Source: Patescibacteria group bacterium
GTDB taxonomy: Bacteria; Patescibacteriota; Microgenomatia; JAMCZE01
Assembly: GCA_023380635.1 (NCBI GenBank)
Contig: JAMCRP010000002.1
Span: 42,458-106,457, forward strand
Reading direction: 5' to 3'
DNA length: 64,000 nt
Made by a program: the position numbers and the translations under genes. Below, piece by piece: positions 9,678 through 18,500 of the stretch (positions are counted from its first letter, which is position 1; each line of letters opens with the position of its first letter). Under the pieces are notes generated by a model, which saw only the letters and a list, made by a program, of their open reading frames with translations, did not search any database and was not told the DNA's origin.

Positions 9678-9717
9678 TAAGTATCTTAAGATACTTAAGT
9701 TACTTAAGATTCGTAAG
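9678..9717. repeat. tandem 9-bp 'nnnCTTAAG' array (4 units) immediately upstream of ndk
   Basis: tatcttaag atacttaag ttacttaag attcgtaag; period 9; ends 1 bp before the ndk ATG. Confidence 0.8.
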
Positions 9718-10299
9718 ATGGAACGGACTGTAGTTCTTGTCAAACCTGATGGCGTCAAGCGTGGCCTCGTGGGGGAAATTGTGGGCCGCTTCGAGAAAGT
9801 CGGCCTCAAAATCGTGGCGATGAAAATGGTGTGGGTGGATGAGGAATTAGCTGGTAAACATTATCCCACCAGCCGGGCCGATTGGGTTAAAAAGGTCGGT
9901 GACAGGACTTTGGGTTCCTATAAAGAATACGGCCAGGACGCCAACGAGTTGTTGGGGACTATGGATCCGGTAGAAGTGGGGAAATTGGTTTGTAAGTGGT
10001 TGGTGGGATTTTTGACCGGCGGCCCGGTCGTGGCCATGGTTTTGGAAGGCCCGCACGCAGTGGAAATAGTTCGCAAAATGGTTGGACATACGTATCCGCT
10101 TAAAGCAAATCCTGGGACAATCCGCGGGGATTTAATGATCGACAGTCCGGCGGTTTCCAACACTAAAAAACGTGCCATCCAAAATCTGGTTCATGCATCC
10201 GGAAGCCCGGAAGAAGCGAAGTTTGAAATGGAACTGTGGTTCCATAAAAACGAGATTCACGACTACAAACGCGTTGATGAAGAATTAATGTTTGGCTAA
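9718..10299 (+). CDS. ndk: nucleoside diphosphate kinase (long form with a ~45-aa insertion)
   Basis: MERTVVLVKPDGVKRGLVGEIVGRFEKVGLKIVAMKM and the later NxxHASGS-type region; 193 aa versus ~140 aa in a typical Ndk. Confidence 0.9.
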   Translation: MERTVVLVKPDGVKRGLVGEIVGRFEKVGLKIVAMKMVWVDEELAGKHYPTSRADWVKKVGDRTLGSYKEYGQDANELLGTMDPVEVGKLVCKWLVGFLTGGPVVAMVLEGPHAVEIVRKMVGHTYPLKANPGTIRGDLMIDSPAVSNTKKRAIQNLVHASGSPEEAKFEMELWFHKNEIHDYKRVDEELMFG

Positions 10300-10305
10300 C
10301 TTTTG

Positions 10306-10377
10306 TCGGGGTGCCGAGAATTGGACTCGGTGCCTCTCGGTCCCGAACCGAGCGTTCTACCGATGAACTACACCCCG
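10306..10377 (-). tRNA. tRNA-Pro (anticodon CGG), CCA not encoded, atypical T-loop (TCCAATT)
   Basis: Hand fold of the minus strand: perfect 7-bp acceptor stem (cggggtg/caccccg), U8, 4-bp D-stem gttc/gaac with a GG-containing D-loop, 5-bp anticodon stem ctcgg/ccgag, loop ttCGGga (U33, G37), 5-bp T-stem ccgag/ctcgg with G53-C61. The T-loop has C at position 55 instead of the usual T/psi. Confidence 0.6.
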
Positions 10378-10395
10378 TGAGGACTAATTTTAGCA

Positions 10396-10446
10396 CAAAA
10401 CTTGCTTAAGAGTCTTAAGTGCCTTAAGATACTTAAGGAGCTTAGG
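10396..10446. repeat. tandem 9-bp 'nnnCTTAAG' array (5 units) upstream of an avd-like gene
   Basis: ttgcttaag agtcttaag tgccttaag atacttaag gagcttagg; period 9. Confidence 0.8.
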
Positions 10447-10454
10447 TTCGATTT

Positions 10455-11027
10455 ATGGTCTCCAAACTGCCGCCACACAAGTATCTTCTTTCTTACCGTT
10501 ACACAGAATTGACTCATGACGGGACAGTGCAGTTCACGGCAAGGTTTTTAAGCGATATTATCCATCGGCGGACGCGCGAACAGATGGACCAGGCAGCCCG
10601 TTCCGGTAAACAAAATATTGTTGAGGGTTTTGGGCGCGACCTGACTTCGAAAAAAAGCGAGATTACCTTGCTTGATGTTGCCCGGATGTCACTTGAGGAG
10701 CTGACAACTGATTATGAAGATTTTCTAAGACAGAGAAACTTGGCCATTTGGCCAAAAAATGACCCGCGGATAATGAGATTTCGGGAGCTTGGTTTTCGTC
10801 TAAGCAACGAGATAAATTTGGATAAATCAGGCACTTTTAAAGAGAAACTGGCTTTACCTGCTGATTCTGAAGTAGCTGCTAATTTAATGCTAACCTTGTG
10901 CCACCAAGCTTCTTATTTGCTTTTTCGTCAGATCAAGGCGGTGGAAAACCGGCTGATTCAGGAAGGGGGTTATTCGGAAAACCTGTATCGCCGGCGCGAA
11001 GAATTTCGTAGAAATAACCTTAAGTGA
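10455..11027 (+). CDS. four-helix-bundle protein (23S rRNA IVS protein / DGR Avd-like family), long form
   Basis: AARSGKQNIVEGFGRDLTSKKSEITLLDVARMSLEEL matches the family core (R-S-x-SI-x-NI-x-EG-x-GR ... FL-x-IA-x-GS-x-EL). Paralogous to 37211..37813. Confidence 0.7.
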   Translation: MVSKLPPHKYLLSYRYTELTHDGTVQFTARFLSDIIHRRTREQMDQAARSGKQNIVEGFGRDLTSKKSEITLLDVARMSLEELTTDYEDFLRQRNLAIWPKNDPRIMRFRELGFRLSNEINLDKSGTFKEKLALPADSEVAANLMLTLCHQASYLLFRQIKAVENRLIQEGGYSENLYRRREEFRRNNLK

Positions 11028-11084
11028 TAAAATGAGCGTAGCGAATTTTACTAACCGAACGAAAGTGAGGTGTTTAAAATTCAC

Positions 11085-11110
11085 TTAAGGAACTTAAGGC
11101 ACTTAAGTTG
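11085..11110. repeat. tandem 9-bp 'nnnCTTAAG' array (3 units) upstream of tRNA-Arg
   Basis: tcacttaag gaacttaag gcacttaag; ends 6 bp before the tRNA. Confidence 0.75.
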
Positions 11111-11115
11111 GATTT

Positions 11116-11191
11116 GCCCCCATAGCTCAAATGGAAAGAGCAATCCCGTCCTAAGGGAAAGATCTCCGTTCAATTCGGAGTGGGGGTACCA
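11116..11191 (+). tRNA. tRNA-Arg (anticodon CCT), CCA encoded
   Basis: Acceptor gccccca/tgggggt (G1-U72 wobble), D-stem gctc/gagc with loop aaatggaaa, anticodon stem tccc/ggga with loop gtCCTaa, T-stem ctccg/cggag with canonical T-loop ttcaatt, discriminator A plus CCA. Confidence 0.85.
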
Positions 11192-11869
11192 ATGAAAGCA
11201 GAAGTCTTCAAGGTTTTTGTCCTTCGCTGGATCGGAAATTTTCTGGTCCTCTCGGCAGTGGCGGCGGTGGTGCTCACTTTTGCTCCGGCGGTTCAGGCGG
11301 AAATTACTTACCGCGTCAACGTCGCCAGGAATGTTCATTATGTGGTGGCCGGAGATCTACCCCCGGCAAAGTTTGAAACGACCTCTACAAACCTTCTGGC
11401 AAAGTCAGAGACAATTTTAGAAATTAATCCGCTGTCAACAGAGTTTGGAATTGTGATTCCCAAAATCGGGGCCAATGCCAAGGTCATCCCGAATGTCGAT
11501 CCGGGAAACGAAACTGAATACTTGGCCGCCCTAAAAGAGGGTGTGGCCCACGCTGCCGGCACTGTCTTTCCTGGCCAGGTCGGCAACTCTTATCTTTTTG
11601 CCCATTCGGTCGGCAATTTCTGGGAAGTGTCCCGCTGGAACGCAGTGTTTTATTTATTAAAGGAACTGGAGCCGGGTGACGAAGTGGATTTGTTTTACAA
11701 AAATGTCCGTTATGTGTATGTTGTGTATGACAAAAAGGTGGTTGAGCCCGATGATACGCAATATCTTACGACCCAGGCTAACTTTCCGATGCTAACTCTT
11801 CAAACCTGCTGGCCGCCGGGGACAACTCTCAAAAGACTCCTGGTTTTTGGGAGACTGAAGAATATTTAA
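11192..11869 (+). CDS. sortase (transpeptidase) with N-terminal membrane anchor
   Basis: Catalytic LFAHS (His) and TLQTC (sortase TLxTC Cys motif) plus a downstream Arg. The start at 11192 (MKAEVFKV) lies just past the tRNA 3' end; the listed ORF start at 11180 overlaps the tRNA. Confidence 0.8.
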   Translation: MKAEVFKVFVLRWIGNFLVLSAVAAVVLTFAPAVQAEITYRVNVARNVHYVVAGDLPPAKFETTSTNLLAKSETILEINPLSTEFGIVIPKIGANAKVIPNVDPGNETEYLAALKEGVAHAAGTVFPGQVGNSYLFAHSVGNFWEVSRWNAVFYLLKELEPGDEVDLFYKNVRYVYVVYDKKVVEPDDTQYLTTQANFPMLTLQTCWPPGTTLKRLLVFGRLKNI

Positions 11870-11970
11870 GTTACGATAGTAACAATAGTTACGTTAGAGA
11901 AGAAGTTACGAAAGAAATTGTCTTAAAACTTATTGTCACTAATGTAACTGTTGTAACTTTGAGTTTGCCT

Positions 11971-13185
11971 TTATCGCAGATTAACAGTATAAAGATTCTG
12001 CGCCTGGGAATCTGTAGAGCCTAAATTCGTGAGGATAACCACCTTGCTCCAATTGGGCCAGACAAAGACGCTGGCCGGGCTAAAAGTGCCGTTAAACAGA
12101 ACAGCTTTGTTGGTGCCGTCGTATTCCATAACCGAAATCTGATTATTGTCGACTTCTAAAAGATGACGGCTGGAAGGAAACCAGCTAATCGGAGGGATTC
12201 CGGCAGGAACGGGGATTAAATAATTTCTATCTTCTTTCAGATCATATACATATGTGTTTCCCGGCTGGAGATTGCGGGTTTCGGGCGTCGGATCTGTCCC
12301 GGGTAAGTAAGTTAGCAGGTAAGCGGGCAAGTGAGCGGAAGCAGTGGCGGTGTACAAAATTTTAGTTTCGTCGGGGCTGAATTCCAAGGTGGCGGCACTG
12401 GTGGCCAATGTTGCCCGCAAGTTTTCCGGGAGCTTGGCCAGTTGGGCGGCATAACGCGCGGCAGTCAGAGCTTTCCAGCTGTCAAACAGGCTGGTTAACT
12501 GATTACTGGTTTCAGGAGTGGGATTGTCGTTTAACCTATCCGTATCCAGCAAGTAGGCAGCTGACGGAGTGGCCAAACTGCCGTAATAAGCCAAAACCTG
12601 CTTGCTGTCTGCCGACCAGGCAAAATTGGCGTCAGAGAGCGAAAGAGCCGGGGAGTTTATGAAAACCTGGCGGAAATCACCGCCGCCGGGAATAGGGGCC
12701 GGCAGAGTGCGGCTGGTGTCCATGACCCAAACACCATTACCGTCTCCGCCGTTAAGCCGGGCTGAAGCCGAAGCCACGCCGTAAACGATTTTAGTTTGGT
12801 CCGGCGAGACGACCGGATTAAGACTTCCGGTAAAAGTCAGCGGGCGCAAATCAGCCAGAGCCGGAAAGAGAAAGGCGTTGGTTTTAAACACTTCTTCTTT
12901 TTTAATTTCGACCTGTTTTTCCCAGGGACTGAAGCCGTCTTTTTGGATGCGGACCAGGTATTTACCGGGAGCGAGATTAATGGTGTTATTGGTGGCGGTT
13001 TCCAGTTTCCCGTTGATTAGGACTTCCGCGCCGTCGGGATCGGAAGTGGCCACGAGAATTCCAGTGGGAAGCAGGGTGCGGTTGGCAAAATCCGGCCGGT
13101 ACCCGCGGGCCAGAGCCACGGCAACTGCCAACCCGGCTAAAATAAAGAAAAAGGCCGTCAGAACAGCCAGTGTCGCCTTATTCAT
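11971..13185 (-). CDS. exported PEGA-domain / TolB-like beta-propeller protein
   Basis: N-terminal signal anchor; PEGA-like segment (GAEVLINGK...PGKYLVRIQKDGFSPWEKQVEIK); repeated SPD-x-TKI-xY motifs typical of TolB-type propeller blades. Confidence 0.55.
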   Translation of the reverse strand: MNKATLAVLTAFFFILAGLAVAVALARGYRPDFANRTLLPTGILVATSDPDGAEVLINGKLETATNNTINLAPGKYLVRIQKDGFSPWEKQVEIKKEEVFKTNAFLFPALADLRPLTFTGSLNPVVSPDQTKIVYGVASASARLNGGDGNGVWVMDTSRTLPAPIPGGGDFRQVFINSPALSLSDANFAWSADSKQVLAYYGSLATPSAAYLLDTDRLNDNPTPETSNQLTSLFDSWKALTAARYAAQLAKLPENLRATLATSAATLEFSPDETKILYTATASAHLPAYLLTYLPGTDPTPETRNLQPGNTYVYDLKEDRNYLIPVPAGIPPISWFPSSRHLLEVDNNQISVMEYDGTNKAVLFNGTFSPASVFVWPNWSKVVILTNLGSTDSQAQNLYTVNLR

Positions 13186-13236
13186 GGTATCCTGATTTTA
13201 TCACAGTTGCTATAATGTTCCTAATCGACCCTCTCA

Positions 13237-13345
13237 ATTTGAAATTTACAATTTACAATTTGAAATAAATATCAAATTTGAATTTTTTGAATTTGAAGAA
13301 TTGAAATTTCATTGAAAATTTCAAAGTTCAAATTTCAAATTTTGT
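13237..13345. repeat. A/T-rich 8-bp periodic 'AATTT(G/C)AA' array immediately upstream of mreB
   Basis: caatttgaaatttacaatttacaatttgaaat...gaatttgaagaattgaaatttcattgaaaatttcaaagttcaaatttcaaatttt. Confidence 0.8.
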
Positions 13346-13347
13346 GT

Positions 13348-14481
13348 ATGTTTGGTAAGCGCCTTGGTATCGATCTCGGCACCGCTAACTCTCTGGTTTA
13401 TGTCGTGGACCAGGGAGTTGTGGTTAATGAGCCGACGGTGGTGGCCGTGGCCGTTGACGACGGCAAAGTGCTGGCGGTTGGCAACGAAGCCAAGCAGATG
13501 ATGGGCCGAACCCCAGGAAATATCCGGGCGTCCCGGCCGATGCGCGACGGCGTCATTGCCGATTATATTGTTACCGAGGCAATGCTGCGCTATTTTCTCG
13601 ATCGGGTCTGCGGTTCGACGCGCTTTTTTAAGCCGGAAGTCATGATTTGCGTTCCGGCGGGGGTTACCCAGGTGGAGCGGCGGGCGGTGCTCGACGCGAC
13701 TTTAAGCGCCGGGGCCAAGGTGGCTTATTTAATTGACGAACCGCTGGCAGCGGCCATCGGCGCCAAAATTCCTATTGCCAACCCGAACGGGAACATGATC
13801 GTCGATATTGGCGGGGGCAGCACGGAAGCGGCGGTAATTTCCCTGGGTGGGGTGGTGGTTCACAAAAGTGCTCGGGTGGCCGGAAACAAAATTGACGAGG
13901 CGATTGCCAACTTCATTAAAAAAAAATATAACCTCTTAATCGGGGACACGACAGCGGAGGATATCAAGATTCAGATCGGGACAGCTGTGCCGCTTGGGAA
14001 GTCTCAGTCATCAGTTCTCGGTGGTCGGTTTTCGGAATCTGGTTCGTCAGTTAACCAGTTTTCAGTCCACAAAACTGAAAACAGAAAGACTGAAAAACCG
14101 GAAACTGAAGACAGACAACTGAAAACCGATAGCCGGACCATGGAAGTCCGGGGCCGGGACGCCGCGAGCGGCCTTCCAAGGATCATTGAATTCACTTCTG
14201 ATGAGGTAGTTGAGGCCGTCACACCAATACTTTCGCAAATTGTCACTGCTGTGAAGGGAGTGCTAGAGGAAACGCCCCCGGAATTGGCTTCAGACATAAT
14301 CGATAGGGGAATCGTGCTCAGCGGAGGTACTTCACTCCTTCGAAATTTGGATAAACTGATGACCCATACTATTGGTGTTCCGGTTCATACAGCCGATGAC
14401 CCTCTGTTTTGTGTGGTTAAGGGGTGCGGCATCGCCATGGAGAACATCGATTTATACAAACGGAGCATTAGCAAGAGGTAA
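13348..14481 (+). CDS. mreB: rod-shape-determining protein MreB (actin-like ATPase) with a low-complexity insertion
   Basis: GIDLGTANSLVYV, GVIADY and IDIGGGSTE actin-fold motifs. The listed ORF starts at 13312 inside the A/T repeat; the MreB-like start MFGKRLGIDLG is at 13348. A ~45-aa insertion (SQSSVLGGRFSESGSSVNQFSVHKTENRKTEKPETEDRQLKTDSRT) is encoded by an imperfect palindrome at ~14000-14140. Confidence 0.9.
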   Translation: MFGKRLGIDLGTANSLVYVVDQGVVVNEPTVVAVAVDDGKVLAVGNEAKQMMGRTPGNIRASRPMRDGVIADYIVTEAMLRYFLDRVCGSTRFFKPEVMICVPAGVTQVERRAVLDATLSAGAKVAYLIDEPLAAAIGAKIPIANPNGNMIVDIGGGSTEAAVISLGGVVVHKSARVAGNKIDEAIANFIKKKYNLLIGDTTAEDIKIQIGTAVPLGKSQSSVLGGRFSESGSSVNQFSVHKTENRKTEKPETEDRQLKTDSRTMEVRGRDAASGLPRIIEFTSDEVVEAVTPILSQIVTAVKGVLEETPPELASDIIDRGIVLSGGTSLLRNLDKLMTHTIGVPVHTADDPLFCVVKGCGIAMENIDLYKRSISKR

Positions 14482-14554
14482 CCCATAAGAATCTTCAGTC
14501 GCATTAGAAATTCTAGTTCTATAAACGGCATATTCACGCACGACAAAATGTACT

Positions 14555-14592
14555 CATTTTTGAAAATTTCGAATTTCAAATTTCAAATTGCG
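14555..14592. repeat. A/T-rich 8-bp periodic 'AATTT(G/C)AA' array downstream of mreB
   Basis: gaaaatttcgaatttcaaatttcaaattgcg. Confidence 0.7.
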
Positions 14593-15551
14593 ACTGGCCG
14601 ATAGCCGCGTGGTGGGGGAATGCGGGAAAATTTACCGGAAACTAGATCAAAATGTAGCAAGGGCAAAATTGAAAAAAACGCTTTTTGACCAGAAACCGGT
14701 AATAATTCCCAAAAATCTTCTAAACCCTATAATCTTTTGAAAAATTAAACGCTCTTTTTTGGCTTTTGAAACACCCGGTGGCAGATCTTCCGGCCGGTTT
14801 TGTTTCCTGTCTTTGGCAAAAATCGGAAAACAAAATGAAACAGTGGCAGGGAAGTGTCACAAACATTTAAGAACTGGCGAGAGTCAAGGCCGGTAAAGTA
14901 ACCTTCAAAGACAAAATGTCGAAATCCCTACATTGCCGTCGGTAATGACGGCTTTTCGAAATTAATTTCTCTCTTGCCGAGCCGAAGTTTCGAACGACGG
15001 CCGGCGGGCCACGGTTTTAGACTTCCAATAATTTGGAACCAAGCTTTAAAGCAAGGGGAAGACCTTATAGGACTATCGGTCTATTGTACAGGCGAAATAG
15101 AATTGTCTGTTTGGTGGCTAAAAAACTGCCGGAAAAGGGTTCCAGGTTAAAAGCGGTGACCAAAAAACAACTGAGATAGCCTTAAGATACTCTGATGCAC
15201 TACCATATATTAATATGTGGTCTGTTGCTTTGTCATCCGGCTTAAGGAATTTTTAACTCCAAACTCCAAAAAGACCTGGAACATGATATTTGAAATTTCC
15301 GATTTCCAGGGAATATGGGAGTTCTTTAATTTTTCACGGCTTTTCAGGACCAAGGTTTTTTGCCCGGAAACCCGGGAAAATTTTTCACTGAAGTCAATTG
15401 CTTCTTGACAGTAATCATTATTGTATGACTATACTTAATTAGGTCCCCGGAAGTCCCGGGAAGTCATCGAAAAGCTTGGCCTGAGAAGCTAAAAGCCATA
15501 AACGACGAAAAATTAATCTCTGTCTCAGAACTGATCGTTAAAGCCCGGTTA

Positions 15552-18500
15552 ATGGGTTTTGATTTTGGTTTCGGCAAGCCGGAACATGTTCTTCAATATT
15601 TTGGCAAGCTCGGTCTAATTCCCAAAACTGTCCGGATGCGCGTCGAGGGGATTAAGGGCCACACTGTCGGCTGCTACCCGGTCAGCACTCTGGACACCTT
15701 ACTGAAAATTCAAAAACTACGCCGCGAAGGGCGGTCTATGGCCCAGGTTCGAACCGAGATCACCGGAGAGCCGAATCCGCCAACTTTTGATCAGGAACAG
15801 CTTCAGTTGCCAAGCACGGAACTTGTCAGACGAGCTCAAGCCGCCGGTTTTGATTTTGGTCCGGGTAAGCCGGTTCATGTTCTCCAGTATTACAGCAAGC
15901 TTGGTCTCTTACCTAAAACGGTCAGACTCCGTCTAAACGGTATCAAAGGACATACAGTAGGCTGCTATCCGGCGGAAGCAGTAGAGACCCTGCTAAAAAT
16001 CCAGAAACTGCGCCGGGAAGGAGTGGCGGTTAAGGATATCGCCCAAACGCTGGGCAACGAAGGGATTAAGCCGGCAGCCCGGCGGGAGGAAGCCGAAACT
16101 TTGGAAATTCTCCGGGTCGCGGCCCAAGCCCCGGTCCGCTATCAAGCCGAAACCGAAGCCGGCAGGCTGGCCGGATATTTCCAACCCCCACCGCCAGAGA
16201 GACAAGAAACAAGATACAAGATACAAGAAACAAAGAAAACACAAGATGCAAAAGAAACAAAAGAGAAGAGAAGCTGGAAAAGCTTTGCTTACACTCTTCC
16301 GGCAGTTTTAGCTACTATCCTTCTGCTGTTAACTACCGGCCTGAATATATATATTACTTCCTATCAGAAGAAAGTGGCTTCTGACCGGAATTTGCAGGCG
16401 GTCTTGGCCGAAAGCAGCAGCCAAAACTTTTTAGACATCCGGGCGGATACCGATGTTTCCGGAAGACTGACCGTGTGGGGGAAAGATGTCTTAACAGAAG
16501 CGACTTTAGCTTCTTCTTCCCCCTACCTTAGCAACTTAAACCAAAGCCTCAGCACGACGGCCACTCCTACTTTTGCCAACCTTACCTTAACCGCCGGCAA
16601 GATTGTCCTGGAAGACAAAACGCAAACTTTAAAAAACAAATCGCTTTCGGGATCGGATAACACTTTTTCTAATATTCCCAACTCCGCTTTGGCTAACTCC
16701 AAAGTCACCGTGACGGCCGGCACCAACCTGACCGGGGGCGGGGATGTCGTCTTAGGTGACAGCACCACGATTGGTTTGAAGGACAACATTGCCTTAACGA
16801 CAGCGACTTTTTCTGGTCTACTGGGAGTGGGCGGGGACGCTTCTCTTTCAGCCGGATTGTACTTTTCCCTTGCCAGCCCAGTCATTGCCACGACAGACAT
16901 GCAATCCTTAACCTTAGGTAACAGCAATACCGGCAATATCCAGTTCTTTAACGCCTCAAACTATATTAATTCCGCCGGCAATTTAACTTTAGCTAATTCT
17001 TTGACGGTTAACACCACCACCAACTACACCGGCCTGGTTTTGCCAAACGGGGCCGGAATTAATTATGTCTTAACCACCGATGCTTTAGGCCATTCTTCCT
17101 GGACCAACCCCAACGGCCCGGGGACTTCCTTTAGCGGCTGGACCCTAACCGGCAACACCATTTACCCCAACGAAACCGCTTACGATCTGCTTTTAGGCAG
17201 CAGTAATGTTGTGGATGATGTGGCCAAATTCACCAACCTGGGCAGCACCCTGTTTAAGCCTTCAAATATTGCCAACCTAGCTAGCGGGGGAGATATCGGC
17301 ACGGCCGCAACCACGGTGGACATTTACACCACTTTTAATTTAAACCAGACAACATCCGGGCAAACAATCACTTTGCCCAACCCCACTAACACTACGGCCG
17401 GCCGCTTAGTCTATTTAGCCAACACCGGAACCACGCCTTTTAATTTCTTAAACAGTACGGTTTTAACCGGAACGACCACTCAAGCCATATGGAACGGGAC
17501 GGCCTGGACACTGGCTGGCTCCATGGCTGGTCTTCCGGCCGGAACTGTTGATAATTCAACGATGTATTGGGATAACGCCACTTCCCGGTGGCTGGAAAAC
17601 TCGAAACTTCTTTCCAACCCCTTGGGCACCATGCCGGTGGCTTCCGTAGCCGGAACCACTTCTTTTGCCGGGCTGGTAGTCGACAACACCATTGGGGACC
17701 TGTTTACGGCCAGTTCTTCAGGGAAGTCCCGCTTTACGATCACTCAAAACGGGAATGTCGGCGTGGGGATGGTTACTCCGACCGCTTTGTGGCAGGTTTT
17801 TGGCAATTCGACTGTCCAGGTGGCCAGTGTCTCGGCTTCTACCGGGAACGCGGCTCTTCTGGTTGACAACACCATTGGCGACCTCTTTACCGCGTCTTCT
17901 TCCGGAATGTCCCGGTTTGTGATTACGCAAAGCGGCAATGTCGGCATCGGAACGACGAATCCGGGCAATTTATTAGAAGTTGACGCAAACAGTAGCAATT
18001 ATGGCATAACCGTCAATGCGAATAATAGCGCGTTATCTCAAGCTGGGCTGAGACTTATTGCCGGTAACGGAAGTACTTCCCGGGCTGCTCGTTTGGATTT
18101 TCTTAACGTTCCGGCAAGCACATCCGTGCCACGGTGGACTTTTATTAATGACTATGACCAAAACGGTACAAATGACTTTAGATTTGTGAATAGTGATGGT
18201 TCAACGTCGGTCTTAACTTTATTGCAGGGCGGCAACGTCGGCATCGGGACGACGGGACCGGCGGCAACTTTGCAAGTTAACGCACCATATACTACCGCAG
18301 CACCACTGACGTGGGGCGCAACCGCTGGTCAAATTTTCAGAAATGAAAATTCGGAACTGGCCGTGGGACTGCTCAACAGTTCTCCATACCCGCTGTATTT
18401 ACAAGGTCGTACCAATACCAGTACTGCTCGTGACATTGTCATGAATCCAAGTGGTGGCAGCGTCGGCATCGGGACGACGGGGCCAAATTCGAAACTGACG

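Noticed and set aside
9678-11110. CRISPR array formed by the CTTAAG repeats
   Set aside because: Units are 9 bp with no spacers and only 3-5 copies. There is no cas gene; the arrays are promoter-proximal tandem repeats.
11870-11970. GTTAC/AGTTACG short direct and inverted repeats between the convergent sortase and PEGA genes
   Set aside because: Short, irregular and A/T-biased; no clear hairpin-plus-T-run terminator or array periodicity could be established by eye.
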